From the IMG/VR virus record IMGVR_UViG_3300031162_001060, positions 1,934 through 65,933 of that record: a DNA stretch of 64,000 nt. The stretch is one strand, 5' to 3'. The notes beneath the pieces were generated by a model. It did no database searches. It had not been told where the DNA came from and saw only the letters and a program-made list of their open reading frames with translations. Below, piece after piece: positions 39,313-49,842 of the stretch. Made by a program: the position numbers and the translations under genes. How positions within the stretch are numbered: position 1 is the stretch's first letter; each line of letters opens with the position of its first letter. The DNA comes from a virus. Its lineage: Duplodnaviria; Caudoviricetes.

Positions 39313-42026
39313 CGATTAATAAGATAGAAATTGTCGAATCCGATCTATCCGTAGTTGTTACGTCTCCGGGGCCTCAAGGCACTGCAGGCAAAACTGTGCT
39401 GGGCGGGGACGGTGTCCCGTCCGATGAACTAGGGATTGACGGCGATTTCTATATCGACACTAATGCGTCTAATATTTACGGGCCAAAAGCAAACGGCTCT
39501 TGGGGCAGCCCACGGTCTTTGCTAGGAACTGCAGCAACTATTGCTGTTGGCACTACTACTTCTGTTCCTAATAGTGGGACAGCTAGTGTCACGAATAGTG
39601 GCACGACTAATGCGGCCACGTTTGATTTTGTGTTGCGTGATGGTGCGGATGGCAAGTCGGTTTTGAGTGGTTCTGGTGTCCCGTCGGCGGGCCTGGGTGT
39701 GGACGGTGATTTTTATATTGATACGTCTAGTGATACGATTTATGGCCCGAAGGGGGGTGGCGCGTGGGGGGCCGCTACTTCTTTGATTGGCCCTCAGGGC
39801 ATTCCTGGGAAGGGTGTGGCTTCTGGTGGCACGGTTGGACAGGTTTTGGTTAAGAGCAGCAGCGTTGATTATGCTACGGGCTGGGGTGATGCTATTAGTT
39901 CGGGGGTGTCGGTCCCTGACGGGGCGACGGTTAGCGTTTTGGGGCTGCCTGGCGTAACTATTCATAGTATTGGTTCTATCAGTTTAGCTGATGGGCTTAC
40001 ACAGTTGTATGGTCCTTTTTTTGTTGATAGACCTATTGATGTAGCAGAGTGTGCGATTGAGGTCACTACGCCGTGGGCCGGTGGAGCGGTTTCGTTACAT
40101 CTTATTCAGGCTGATGAAGATTGGCAGCCAATTAATGGAACGGATGTAACTGTAGCTGCTAGCGTGGATTGCAGTACCGCAGGCATAAAGCTTGTAGCAG
40201 GGTTATCGTTAAATTTGGAGCGAGGCCGCTGGTTAACAGTTTTGAAAGAAACGGTTGATGGAGCGGGCACACTTCGAGGGTTTAGTGGCGCTCCGCCGGG
40301 TGTTTCGTTTTTTTCGGACACGTTTTCCGCTATAGACGCTTCTGGTTTTTGGCGTAAGTTGTCGCCTACGTCTCTTGCCGATAAATGGTCAAGGGCAACG
40401 TATGACATTGATGACCGTGGTTTTCAACAGCCCATTTTGTTGAAATGGAATCGTCCATTTTCGGTGTTGGATTCGTTAAATCCTGTGATGTGGTTGGATG
40501 CTTCGGATGCGTCCACGATCACGCTCGGCGCTGGGTCTCTTGTGACGACGTGGGCTGACAAGTCCGGCAACGGCTACGACATGGCGCAGGGGACAGTGAC
40601 GTACCAGCCAGATAGCGGCACGCGCACCTTGAACGGGTTGAACGTTCTGGACTTCGACAATGACAACATGGAAAACGTTACGGTTTCGACGTCAAACCAG
40701 TCTGTCGTGTTTATGGTTTCCGACGATGACGTGATAACGGGCACAGCGCGTTATCACGCATTCGGCCTAACAAGTGCAAGCCCAACTGTCGGTATTCTTG
40801 GCGGCACACAGTACCGGATCGGTCAGGGAACTGTTCTGGATCAGGGCACGGCAGCGACTGGCGTCAAGCTGTGGCGGGCCGTGTTTGACACAACGGACAC
40901 GTTGCACGTCGATCAAGTTTCCGAAATATCTGGCAACGCCGGAACAAACGCGATGACTGGATTGCGGATCGGTTCTTTGGGCGGTGCTACCTACGGCATC
41001 AATGCCGCTTTGGCTGAAATTATCATCGTAGACGGCACACTGACAGCGCAGCAGATTTCCGACGCTGAAACGTATCTGGCGAACAAGTGGGGAATTGGTC
41101 CTGGCAAAGTCGGTGTGGTTACGACTACTGCTGGCAGTGGCGAGGTGTTGTTGTCTTGGTCGGCTCCTGATTCTATTTTGCCGGTGACTGATTATATTGT
41201 TGAGTATTCTACGGATGATGTTAATTGGACAACGTTTGTTGATGCTGTGTCGGCGGCTACTACGGCGACGGTTACTGGTTTGATGAATAGTACGTTGTAT
41301 TATTTCCGGGTTGCTGCTGTGAATAATGGGGGTACGGGAGAATTTTCGGATTCGGTGACCGCTACGCCGATATTGTCGCCGCTCGACCTCAGCCCGCTTG
41401 CCTGGTACGACGCATCCGACACTGGCACGATTACGGAGTCGGGTGGGGCTGTCTCGCAGTGGGATGATAAGTCGGGCAACGGCTACGACCTGACACAGCT
41501 TACGAGCATCAGACAACCGAAAACGGGAACAGCGACTTTGAACTCGTTGAACACGGTGGAGTTTGACAACACAACATCGTTCCAACATCTCTTTAACACT
41601 TCGATTGACGTTTCTAGTGGCAATCACACGTTTTTCTTGGTGATAGATATTGCGGCAGGCGATACTGATCATCCGTTGTTGACTTCGGGCACGCTGACAG
41701 GCGGTTACGCGTACTTAGGATCCCAGGGAAGTTCGTCGACTGCCATCTCAAACTGGACGACGACATCGCTTCATGTTGATAGCGTACTACAGACTCCGAC
41801 GACACGCGACGATGTTTACACTGCGCTTGGTACGGGTCCGGGTCTGTTTCGGGTCGTGGCGCAAGCGAACGTCTCGGGCATGTCTTACGGTTACGGCCAA
41901 GACCCGTTCGATTGGGATTACGGAACGAAACTGGCTGAGGTGATTATCGTTGACGGCACGCTGTCGGCGCAGCAAATCTCTGACACCGAAACGTACCTGG
42001 CCGACAAGTGGGGGATAACGCTATGA
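39309..42026 (+). CDS. Fibre protein: GVDGDFYID repeats, FN3 domain, two LamG/ConA-like domains
   Basis: GPQG collagen-like linkers, LSWSAP...DYIVEYS..YYFRVAAVN, 2x W(L/Y)DASD...YLAxKWG. Confidence 0.8.
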   Translation: MTINKIEIVESDLSVVVTSPGPQGTAGKTVLGGDGVPSDELGIDGDFYIDTNASNIYGPKANGSWGSPRSLLGTAATIAVGTTTSVPNSGTASVTNSGTTNAATFDFVLRDGADGKSVLSGSGVPSAGLGVDGDFYIDTSSDTIYGPKGGGAWGAATSLIGPQGIPGKGVASGGTVGQVLVKSSSVDYATGWGDAISSGVSVPDGATVSVLGLPGVTIHSIGSISLADGLTQLYGPFFVDRPIDVAECAIEVTTPWAGGAVSLHLIQADEDWQPINGTDVTVAASVDCSTAGIKLVAGLSLNLERGRWLTVLKETVDGAGTLRGFSGAPPGVSFFSDTFSAIDASGFWRKLSPTSLADKWSRATYDIDDRGFQQPILLKWNRPFSVLDSLNPVMWLDASDASTITLGAGSLVTTWADKSGNGYDMAQGTVTYQPDSGTRTLNGLNVLDFDNDNMENVTVSTSNQSVVFMVSDDDVITGTARYHAFGLTSASPTVGILGGTQYRIGQGTVLDQGTAATGVKLWRAVFDTTDTLHVDQVSEISGNAGTNAMTGLRIGSLGGATYGINAALAEIIIVDGTLTAQQISDAETYLANKWGIGPGKVGVVTTTAGSGEVLLSWSAPDSILPVTDYIVEYSTDDVNWTTFVDAVSAATTATVTGLMNSTLYYFRVAAVNNGGTGEFSDSVTATPILSPLDLSPLAWYDASDTGTITESGGAVSQWDDKSGNGYDLTQLTSIRQPKTGTATLNSLNTVEFDNTTSFQHLFNTSIDVSSGNHTFFLVIDIAAGDTDHPLLTSGTLTGGYAYLGSQGSSSTAISNWTTTSLHVDSVLQTPTTRDDVYTALGTGPGLFRVVAQANVSGMSYGYGQDPFDWDYGTKLAEVIIVDGTLSAQQISDTETYLADKWGITL

Positions 42027-45000
42027 TTCGTAACGACAGAATAGAAAATGGAGTTGTTGTAAGCGCAGACATTATAGACGTTAACACTAACACTATCAGC
42101 GAAGAAGTCAACGGTGTAATTGTTTCAACTCGGGCGCTCACAGTTGAAGAGCAGGAGCGTTACGCTAAACAGTTGCTTAAACTTTCAGGTCCGTATGGTG
42201 ATGAAAAGCTGTCATCTTCGACAACCGGAGATTTGTTGGTTTATGATGGGACATCGTGGTCGAACGCTCCAGATATTAGTGGTAACGCTGGTAGTGCGTC
42301 TGCGTTGCAAACTGCTCGGAATATTGGTGGCGTGTCGTTTGATGGCACATCCGATATTAGTTTGCCTGGGGTGGATGCGGCAGGCACTCAGGACACGTCT
42401 GGCAACGCTGCGACGAGTTCAACGTTAGCGCAAGCACGAACCATTAATGACGTGTCGTTTGACGGATCGGCGTCTATTAAAATCGATGGGATTAGTGCAG
42501 GTGCTGCTCTTGAAGATGGGGCTTCGACCAGCACGTTAGGTTTACCGGGGGTCGATATTTTTAGTATTGGCTCGATTGGTTTGGGGGCGGGTGTCACTCA
42601 ACTGTATGGTCCTATTTTTGTGGATCAGGTTGTTACTATAACTGACTGCGCTGTTGAGATTATTACAGCGTGGACGGGTGGCACAGTGTCGCTGCACATG
42701 GTTCAGGCCGATTCAGAATGGCAGCCGATTGTGGGAACGGACGTGACGCTCACGTCTAGCGTAGATTGTAGCACGACTGGCGTGAAAGCTACTACGGGCC
42801 TTTCGATTGATCTTTCTAGGGGCCGGTGGTTGACGGTTGTGAAAGAAACCGTTGAGGGCAACGGGGTTATTCGTTCGTTTAGTGGCGCTCCTCCGGGGGT
42901 TTCGTTTTTTTCTGACTCGTTTTCTTCAACTGATGCTTCCGGTTTTTGGCGGAAGATTGCTCCGACTGCTGTAACCGATAAGTGGTCTAGGTCGAAGTAT
43001 GCCAGTACGGACCGGGGGTTTCAGCAGCCGATGTTGATGAAGTGGGTTAGGTCGTTTGAGCCTACAGATATCGGAGCTATTTTGTGGTTGGATGCTGCTG
43101 ATACTACGACTATTACGGAGTCGGGTGGGGCGGTTTCGCAGTGGGACAACAAGGGCACGTTAGGAAACTTTACGCAGCCTACAGCCTCAGGTCAGCCCAC
43201 GACTGGTGCGACTTCTTTAAATGGTAAAAATGTTGTTGATTTTGTTGATGATGTTTTAACTAGCGTTGATTCTAATTCGGTGTGGAACGTTTTACATAAT
43301 GGCACTGAATATGTTGTTGCGGCGGTTGTTAAGTTTGGCAATGTTGCTGATCCAGATGATTTGTATGGTCTTATGGGCACCGGGTATATCCAAGCAAACC
43401 ACGGTATGTATATTGCATATGACGATCGGGTGTCTGCTTCTCGCAATGATGCTTTGATTGATTATGTGGCTAACGGCACGGGAACGCAGCCGGTTAATAA
43501 TATCACTGGCGATGGTGTGGTGCCTGCAAATACGTTTAGCGTGTTGAGCGTGTTTGTTGATCCTAATAATGGTGTGGTTGCGGAACGGTCTGAGATTTAT
43601 GTTGATAATGGTGAGGCTATTGCCAATAATACTGCGTCGGGTTCGCCTAGCACGGCGGATGCGACTTATCCTTTGCAGATCGGTTCTGTTGGTTTTAATC
43701 AGAATTTGTTGACGGGTAGTCTGGCTGAGATCGTGGTTGTTGCTGGGGCGAATGCTACGGAAGTTAATCGTAACAAGTTGCACACGTATTTAGCTGCCAA
43801 GTGGGGCATTGATATTTCGCCGCCGTTCTCTCCGTTAGAGCTGAGTCCTGTTTTGTGGCTAGATGCTTCTGATGCGACGACGATTACGGAGTCTGGTGGG
43901 TCTGTAAGCCAGTGGGATGATAAATCAGGTAATCTTAATAATGTGTCGCAGGCTACGGCGTCGTATCAGCCAAAGACGGGTACTGCGACGATGAACGGGT
44001 TGAATGCGTTGGAGTTTGATACCCCTGGAGGGTTGCAACATTTGGCCAACGCCACGTTCCCGTTTATCGGAACGGATTATGATATTTTTATGACGCTTCG
44101 GGTTGATCGTAACAACACTTCATTTACGTTGTTTTCAAGCGCTAACAAGAATGGTGTTGCTGGTATTGCTTTACAAGGAAGCACCAGCATCGCTCTTCAA
44201 GCCAATATGCCGTACAGTGAAATCTATATTGATGGAGCGCTGTTCACTGACACGCAAAGAGGGCAGCTGTATGATGCTACGGCAACCAATTCTACGATAG
44301 TAGTGCATGGTACTGATGTTACCGCTACACTTTATGACGGTATTTCTATTAGTCGTCATGCAACTGATCCGGGCTTTGGGGATGGTACAGTGGTTGGTGA
44401 GGTTATTGTAGTGCCTTCAAGCACTATGTCTCCTGCTTTGGTTGCTGAGACTGAACAGTATTTAATTGATAAGTGGGTGTTTTCGCCGTTGAATCTTCAG
44501 CCTGCGCTGTGGTATGACGCTTCGGACACGTCTACGATCACAGAGTTATCTGGCTCGGTGTCGCAGTGGGATGATAAATCTGGCAATGGTTATCATTTGA
44601 CGCAGCTGACGGGGATATATCAGCCAACAACGGGGGTTCGTACGTTAAACGGTCGGAATGTGCTTGGTTTTGATGGGGCCGACGACCGCATGATCACTGG
44701 AGCGTTTGCTTCTAATTTGACGCAGCCGAACACGATTTTTGCCGTATTTATTCCTGAGAAAACTACGGCGTATTATGTCTATGATGGTAGAGACGGCAGT
44801 AATCGCCACGCCTTGGTACCTAATACCTCTGCCTCCCTTTTTGCAGGTAATAGTTTAGGGTTGGAGAACGCTGATACTGTTCCGCAAGTTGCTCGTGCCG
44901 TGTTCGATGGGACATCCAGTTCTTTGTACATTGATGGGGTGCTTAAGCGTACTGGAGATGTGGGTACGCATTCGCTGGGCGGTTTGACGGTTGGTTCCCG

Positions 45001-45835
45001 GTATTCATATCAGAGCTTCTTCAAAGGCGCTATTGCTGAGATCATTGTATGTGATGGCCTATTGTCGCAGCAAGAAATTACGGTTACTGAAGATTATTTA
45101 ACGAGAAAGTGGGGCACAGGGTTCTCGCCGTTGGATCTGTCACCGACGTTGTGGCTCGACGCCTCCGACGAAACAACAATCACCGAATCAGGCGGATCCG
45201 TCTCGCAGTGGGATGATAAATCGGGCAACGGCTACAACCTGCAACAGGGTACGGGCGCTAATCAACCAGCTACGGGTACTCGCACGTTGAACGGTCTAAA
45301 CGTGTTGGACTTTGATGGCACAAGTGACTATTTGGCGGCCTCGCTCGCAGCGAGCGCTGGGTTGTTCACCGTGTTTGCTGTATTCGAGCAAGATGCAAGC
45401 AGTAACGATGCAGTGCTCACATTGGCTCCGGCTTCGGGTGACGATTGGAATAACACTGCGGGCGCAACACTGACTACAGGCAATCCAGCGTCGAATATGA
45501 TAGCTGAGATTACTCATCGCTATATCAGCCTAGCGGATCAGGCTTTTATCACGGGCACGCCGCCGTCTCCCGCTGGCGTGTACGTGGCAGTAGTAGATAA
45601 CACCGCTCTAACAGTTTCAAGCGGCTCCAATACAGATTCTGGTACGAGCTTTGGAGGCTCAGCTTCAAGTAACCAAGTGCTTATTAGCGCACGATTCCTG
45701 TCCAGCGCTGTGCGGGCTGATCTTGGACTGAATGGCGCAATAGCCGAAGTTATCTTAGTTGAGAACACCTTGACGGCGCAGCAGATTTCCGACGCCGAAG
45801 CGTATCTTGCCAACAAGTGGGGAATCACGCTATGA
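42023..45835 (+). CDS. Fibre protein with four tandem LamG/ConA-like domains
   Basis: LQTARNIGGVSFDG fibre repeats, 4x W(L/Y)DA(S/A)D..ITE..G.VSQWD...YLxxKW. Confidence 0.8.
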   Translation: MIRNDRIENGVVVSADIIDVNTNTISEEVNGVIVSTRALTVEEQERYAKQLLKLSGPYGDEKLSSSTTGDLLVYDGTSWSNAPDISGNAGSASALQTARNIGGVSFDGTSDISLPGVDAAGTQDTSGNAATSSTLAQARTINDVSFDGSASIKIDGISAGAALEDGASTSTLGLPGVDIFSIGSIGLGAGVTQLYGPIFVDQVVTITDCAVEIITAWTGGTVSLHMVQADSEWQPIVGTDVTLTSSVDCSTTGVKATTGLSIDLSRGRWLTVVKETVEGNGVIRSFSGAPPGVSFFSDSFSSTDASGFWRKIAPTAVTDKWSRSKYASTDRGFQQPMLMKWVRSFEPTDIGAILWLDAADTTTITESGGAVSQWDNKGTLGNFTQPTASGQPTTGATSLNGKNVVDFVDDVLTSVDSNSVWNVLHNGTEYVVAAVVKFGNVADPDDLYGLMGTGYIQANHGMYIAYDDRVSASRNDALIDYVANGTGTQPVNNITGDGVVPANTFSVLSVFVDPNNGVVAERSEIYVDNGEAIANNTASGSPSTADATYPLQIGSVGFNQNLLTGSLAEIVVVAGANATEVNRNKLHTYLAAKWGIDISPPFSPLELSPVLWLDASDATTITESGGSVSQWDDKSGNLNNVSQATASYQPKTGTATMNGLNALEFDTPGGLQHLANATFPFIGTDYDIFMTLRVDRNNTSFTLFSSANKNGVAGIALQGSTSIALQANMPYSEIYIDGALFTDTQRGQLYDATATNSTIVVHGTDVTATLYDGISISRHATDPGFGDGTVVGEVIVVPSSTMSPALVAETEQYLIDKWVFSPLNLQPALWYDASDTSTITELSGSVSQWDDKSGNGYHLTQLTGIYQPTTGVRTLNGRNVLGFDGADDRMITGAFASNLTQPNTIFAVFIPEKTTAYYVYDGRDGSNRHALVPNTSASLFAGNSLGLENADTVPQVARAVFDGTSSSLYIDGVLKRTGDVGTHSLGGLTVGSRYSYQSFFKGAIAEIIVCDGLLSQQEITVTEDYLTRKWGTGFSPLDLSPTLWLDASDETTITESGGSVSQWDDKSGNGYNLQQGTGANQPATGTRTLNGLNVLDFDGTSDYLAASLAASAGLFTVFAVFEQDASSNDAVLTLAPASGDDWNNTAGATLTTGNPASNMIAEITHRYISLADQAFITGTPPSPAGVYVAVVDNTALTVSSGSNTDSGTSFGGSASSNQVLISARFLSSAVRADLGLNGAIAEVILVENTLTAQQISDAEAYLANKWGITL

Positions 45836-45854
45836 TACTAGATAGGGGGCCGAC

Positions 45855-46016
45855 ATGATTCGTAACGAAACAGCACAAAACGGTGTTATCATTTATGCTG
45901 ATATCATCGATACCACTACCAGTACTGTCAGTCGTGAAGAAAACGGTGTGATTGTTTCAACACGCTCGTTTACTGCCGAAGAGGTGGGGCATCTAGTAAA
46001 TGTTTACTTAGCTTAA
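45855..46016 (+). pseudogene. Truncated near-identical copy of the 5' end of gene 48626 (53 aa, not in ORF track)
   Basis: MIRNETAQNGVIIYADIIDTTTSTVSREENGVIVSTRSFTAEE, then an unrelated 10-aa tail and stop. Confidence 0.7.
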
Positions 46017-46071
46017 ACTCTGATTAGGCTATAATACAAGTGTATGTGCACAAAAATAGGGGAGTAGGCTT

Positions 46072-46335
46072 ATGGTTAATTTATGGACGGATGATCGTAG
46101 CGAGGAGTGGGTTCCTGCATATAATGCCCTGGAGGTTACTCCGAATGACGCTGTCGATTTGGCTAACACTACCCGCGCTTTGTATGTGGGCGGTGCTGGT
46201 GATTTGAAGGTTGATATGTACGGTTCGGGCACGGTCACGTTCGTGGGTGTGGCTGCTGGGACGGTGTTGCCTGTTCGTGTGGATCGGGTGTATGTGACTG
46301 GTACGACTGCGACGTCGATCGTCGCTCTTTGGTGA
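46072..46335 (+). CDS. Head spike base protein (RcGTA Rcc01079-like)
   Basis: VTPNDAVDL..TRALYVGGAGDLKV...VTF..V.AG.VLPVRV.RV..TGTTATSIVALW. Confidence 0.8.
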   Translation: MVNLWTDDRSEEWVPAYNALEVTPNDAVDLANTTRALYVGGAGDLKVDMYGSGTVTFVGVAAGTVLPVRVDRVYVTGTTATSIVALW

Positions 46336-46339
46336 CGTC

Positions 46340-47158
46340 GTGACTTCTCTCGGGTTGTCTTATGTTCGTGGCGGCGCGGCTGCGTCAAATGACCCGTGGT
46401 ATCAAGACCTTGCAACGGTGCCAACATCGCAGGGTTCGGCAACGGTTACTGCTGACGCTACACCGCACACGAAAGGCGCATGGACCGAAATTATTGCGTC
46501 CAACGCTGTTGAGACTTCTGCCCTTTACTTCTACGTCAGCGGCGTGTCTGTAAGCGCAACGAACACGGCAATGCTGCTCGACATCGGCATAGGCAACGCT
46601 GGCGTCGAAACGGTTATTGCATCAAATATTGCTATTGGCGGATCTTTTTCGAACCATTTTGTCTTGCCGCTCAGGATTGCAGCAGCGACACGAATTGCAG
46701 CACGCGTTCAGGCGCTAATACCGTCAGACACTGCAACGGTTGAAATCAGTTCGTTGGCTTTTGGCGCGGCAAGCGCTGTGCCGACCACAGTAGACATTCT
46801 TGGAGCAGACACAGGAACGTCGCAAGGGTTTCAGTTTTCTGGCGCGGACACCTGGTTCGAGGTAGTGGCGAGCACGAGCAAAGAGTACGAAGCGGTCGGC
46901 CTCGTCCCAAGTCTCGCTACGACAACCCACCCCGCCAACTACTATAAAGACCTCGAAATCGGCGTTGGCGCGTCGGGTTCAGAAACTGTCGTCCACGAAC
47001 AAACCGTGTACTACACCTCTGCGGAATCAGTATCGACGTACATCCCGCCAGTGTCATTCATTTCCCAAACGACAATCGCAGCAGGGTCACGGCTCGCTAT
47101 TCGCAGCAATTTCAGTTTCCCAACTGGCGTAGTCATCATCGGAGTGCCGTCAACATGA
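46340..47158 (+). CDS. Virion beta-sandwich protein with internal duplication
   Basis: Two repeats of W.E(I/V)(I/V)AS...IG(I/V)G..G.ETV...IAA..R.A.R. Confidence 0.65.
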   Translation: MTSLGLSYVRGGAAASNDPWYQDLATVPTSQGSATVTADATPHTKGAWTEIIASNAVETSALYFYVSGVSVSATNTAMLLDIGIGNAGVETVIASNIAIGGSFSNHFVLPLRIAAATRIAARVQALIPSDTATVEISSLAFGAASAVPTTVDILGADTGTSQGFQFSGADTWFEVVASTSKEYEAVGLVPSLATTTHPANYYKDLEIGVGASGSETVVHEQTVYYTSAESVSTYIPPVSFISQTTIAAGSRLAIRSNFSFPTGVVIIGVPST

Positions 47159-47376
47159 CCTGCTCTCTCGTGTATTTCACTGACACCGGCAAGGCGGACT
47201 CCATCGGGACGGTGCTTGCTGATCCAATGCCGCCCAACTTCACCGTTCGGCAACTAACCGACGAGGAAGAAACCGGGCTGCTTGAGGGTCGGTTGATGTG
47301 GGACGCTGCCACGTTGTCGTTCGTCGATAACCCGAACTGGTCGCCTGAACCGCCGCCCGAGCCTGAACTGCCGTAG
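47155..47376 (+). CDS. Small fibre-associated protein
   Basis: ATGA coupling, PPPEPELP C-terminus. Confidence 0.6.
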   Translation: MTCSLVYFTDTGKADSIGTVLADPMPPNFTVRQLTDEEETGLLEGRLMWDAATLSFVDNPNWSPEPPPEPELP

Positions 47377-47378
47377 CT

Positions 47379-48122
47379 GTGAGCCTGATCGGGTTGGGTG
47401 TGTCGATGCCGATGCCTGCGGGTGTTGGCGTAGCGGCAGGTGGCTTCTCGCCGCTTGACCTGTCACCGACGCTATGGCTCGACGCCTCGGACACAAACAC
47501 GATCACCGAATCGACGCCGGGTAGCGGTGTCGTGTCGCAGTGGGACGACAAATCAACAAATGGCAACAATTTTGTTCAGGCCACCGGATCGTTTCAGCCT
47601 GCTACTGGAACACGAACAATCAATAGCCTAAACGTAGTTGACTTCAACGGAAGCACCACATTTTTAGAGATCAACCCGTCAACATTTGCGGCGGCTCAAC
47701 CGTTCACAATCTTTGCAGTAGCCGAGCATGACACCGACGTCTATAGCCGCATTTTTTTGCAAAGAGGAGGCACGAACGTACTGTTTGCCTTCATCAATAC
47801 TGAACGGACGTACTCTGGCGCTGGCCTTTTTGTTTATGGCACGACCGGCGACGCGCCAACTGGGTCGCCTTTGTTGCTCAGGTACACGTTTGACGGGGCT
47901 TCGTCTAACGGATTTATCGACGGGGTGCAAACCGTTAGCGGCAACTTCGGCACTAACGAATTCGAGACTGGTCGCGTCGTGAGGATCGGTGCCTATGAAT
48001 CCGGTGTACAAGCTCTCGACGGTGCGGTAGGTGAAATCTTTTTGGTTCAAGGCACCCTGACGGCGCAGCAGATATCCGATACTGAAACGTATCTGGCTGA
48101 CAAGTGGGGGATCACGCTCTAG
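47379..48122 (+). CDS. Single LamG/ConA-like domain spike/fibre protein
   Basis: Short LGVSMP leader, then FSPLDLSPTLWLDASD...YLADKWGITL. Confidence 0.75.
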   Translation: MSLIGLGVSMPMPAGVGVAAGGFSPLDLSPTLWLDASDTNTITESTPGSGVVSQWDDKSTNGNNFVQATGSFQPATGTRTINSLNVVDFNGSTTFLEINPSTFAAAQPFTIFAVAEHDTDVYSRIFLQRGGTNVLFAFINTERTYSGAGLFVYGTTGDAPTGSPLLLRYTFDGASSNGFIDGVQTVSGNFGTNEFETGRVVRIGAYESGVQALDGAVGEIFLVQGTLTAQQISDTETYLADKWGITL

Positions 48123-48148
48123 CATGGAGATCACGCTATTGCCGTAAC

Positions 48149-48275
48149 GTGCGGCTCGCTGACGCATACGGCGAGTATCTCGAACCCGACTGGCCGGGCG
48201 AGTTGCGTTGCGGCGATTGCGGGAAGTTGTTGGCTGAGTTGGTGAACGCTCCGTTTCGGGTGATGTGCCCAGATA
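48149..48275 (+). pseudogene. Truncated Com-like zinc-ribbon gene remnant
   Basis: LRCGDCGKLLAE...RVMCP; the fourth Cys is missing where the composition changes. Confidence 0.45.
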
Positions 48276-48345
48276 GGCAATTACGCTATAATAAATTAAG
48301 TACTGTCCCTTATCCCTACATTTTACCTAATTGGAGGTTTACATA

Positions 48346-48612
48346 ATGAATTGGTACACATGGCCAACTGAAGCTGCGTTTGATGCGTGGCATGCCACCG
48401 TTGTTGACGGGTTAGGTATGCCGTGGATTGGTCAAAATCAAGCTACGGGTGAGCCTGAGCCGAATAATCAGCATACGACGGCTTATACTGCGGTAACTGA
48501 GGTTGCTGCTGATGATTGGCGTGCAGTGGTTGGTGATGATATCGTTGCGGGTTACGCTGATGGTTTGGGAGCGTTGAGTGAGGCGCCTCCGGAGCCTGAA
48601 GAATTGCCGTGA
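48346..48612 (+). CDS. Small fibre-associated protein
   Basis: GGAGG RBS, PPEPEELP C-terminus. Confidence 0.65.
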   Translation: MNWYTWPTEAAFDAWHATVVDGLGMPWIGQNQATGEPEPNNQHTTAYTAVTEVAADDWRAVVGDDIVAGYADGLGALSEAPPEPEELP

Positions 48613-48625
48613 TTGAGAGGGTCGT

Positions 48626-49537
48626 ATGATCCGTAATGAAACAGCACAAAACGGTGTTATCATCTACGCTGATATCATCGATATCACTACCAGCACTGTC
48701 AGCCGTGAAGAAAACGGTGTGATTGTTTCAACACGCCCGTTTACTGCTGAAGAAATCGAACGGTACGGTCCGCAGCCGTTAGCTATTGAAGGGCCGTATG
48801 GCGATGAGTCGTTGTCGTCTGCTGCTGCTGGCGAGGTTTTGACCTATGATGGGGGGCAGTGGCTTAATAACCCAGTGCCTGAACAAATTGTTGTTGCATC
48901 GGCAGACGCCGGTGCAGCTGGATATAACGGCGGTTTTATCCCTGGTGCTTCCTTCGTAGGGCAGATTAGTAACACAGGTCATGGTATTAATGGAAATTAT
49001 TTATATTGGAATTGGATTACTGTTGTTAAAGAACTAACTATCACCGCTTTGTTTATTAAAGTTGGCACAGTTGGGGTATCGGGCGATTTACTGAGAATTG
49101 GTTTGTTTTCTTTCGACCTTGCGGATTTACCGACCGCCTCTAGTTCTGGATACTATTTTACTTTGTATGAAGATTTTGGCACGCTTCCTTTAGATGTTGC
49201 TGGTCAGCAAACAATCGACTTGTCGTCTTCTCCTTTTGTTGTTCCGCCAGGGTTGTATGGTTTAGGAACTGCGTCTAATTACAACTCTTCTGGTACGATG
49301 CCAAGGTGTGATGGCGTAGCGATTGCGCACAAATATGATGTTCCTATGAGTTACACGTCCGCTTCGGCAGGAATTCGCTCATACTCAAACCCTCGCCATA
49401 CGGGCAATCAAGTATCAAACGTTAACAATGGTTTTCCGGCTACCCCTCTTATTGCTCAAAATGGGTGGGCGGCAGCGGCATCAACTATAGCTGATGCTGG
49501 AGCTATTGTATTTTTTAAAGGATATACGACGCAATGA
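48626..49537 (+). CDS. Fibre/spike protein
   Basis: Shared MIRN N-terminal module, GEVLTYDG..W.N fibre motif, beta-rich C-terminal domain. Confidence 0.7.
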   Translation: MIRNETAQNGVIIYADIIDITTSTVSREENGVIVSTRPFTAEEIERYGPQPLAIEGPYGDESLSSAAAGEVLTYDGGQWLNNPVPEQIVVASADAGAAGYNGGFIPGASFVGQISNTGHGINGNYLYWNWITVVKELTITALFIKVGTVGVSGDLLRIGLFSFDLADLPTASSSGYYFTLYEDFGTLPLDVAGQQTIDLSSSPFVVPPGLYGLGTASNYNSSGTMPRCDGVAIAHKYDVPMSYTSASAGIRSYSNPRHTGNQVSNVNNGFPATPLIAQNGWAAAASTIADAGAIVFFKGYTTQ

Positions 49538-49842
49538 GTGTAAAGCAACATCGAACTTTCCGAGATGGTATCTGCGTTCAATGTGAAACCATTGATTACG
49601 ACAGCGATTCGTTTACTTTAGAAGTGGACGGTGTCGTTGTAAAAACTCGTGCACTAACGCCAGAAGAACGCCAAATGTATGGGCCGCAACCACTAGGTAT
49701 AAACGGTGTACAAGCCACGCTTCTTGCAGTGTTTGAGCTAATTCCTCTTATTGACGCTGCTAATGCTGTAGGGTTAACTCCTGAGGATTTGACTCAAGAA
49801 GCTTTAGGTTGGCAAGTTATGAAAGATGCAGGTTTGGCATAA
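49534..49842 (+). CDS. Small fibre-associated protein
   Basis: Shares TRALT.EE...YGPQPL and ATLLAV..DAA.AVGL.PEDL modules with neighbours. Confidence 0.65.
   Translation: MSVKQHRTFRDGICVQCETIDYDSDSFTLEVDGVVVKTRALTPEERQMYGPQPLGINGVQATLLAVFELIPLIDAANAVGLTPEDLTQEALGWQVMKDAGLA

Noticed and set aside
39309-48122. Shufflon/invertase-type tail fibre switch
   Set aside because: All cassettes are co-oriented; no inverted crossover sites or site-specific recombinase seen
45855-48760. Diversity-generating retroelement TR/VR pair
   Set aside because: Differences are C/T in both directions and mostly synonymous, not adenine-specific; no reverse transcriptase in the window
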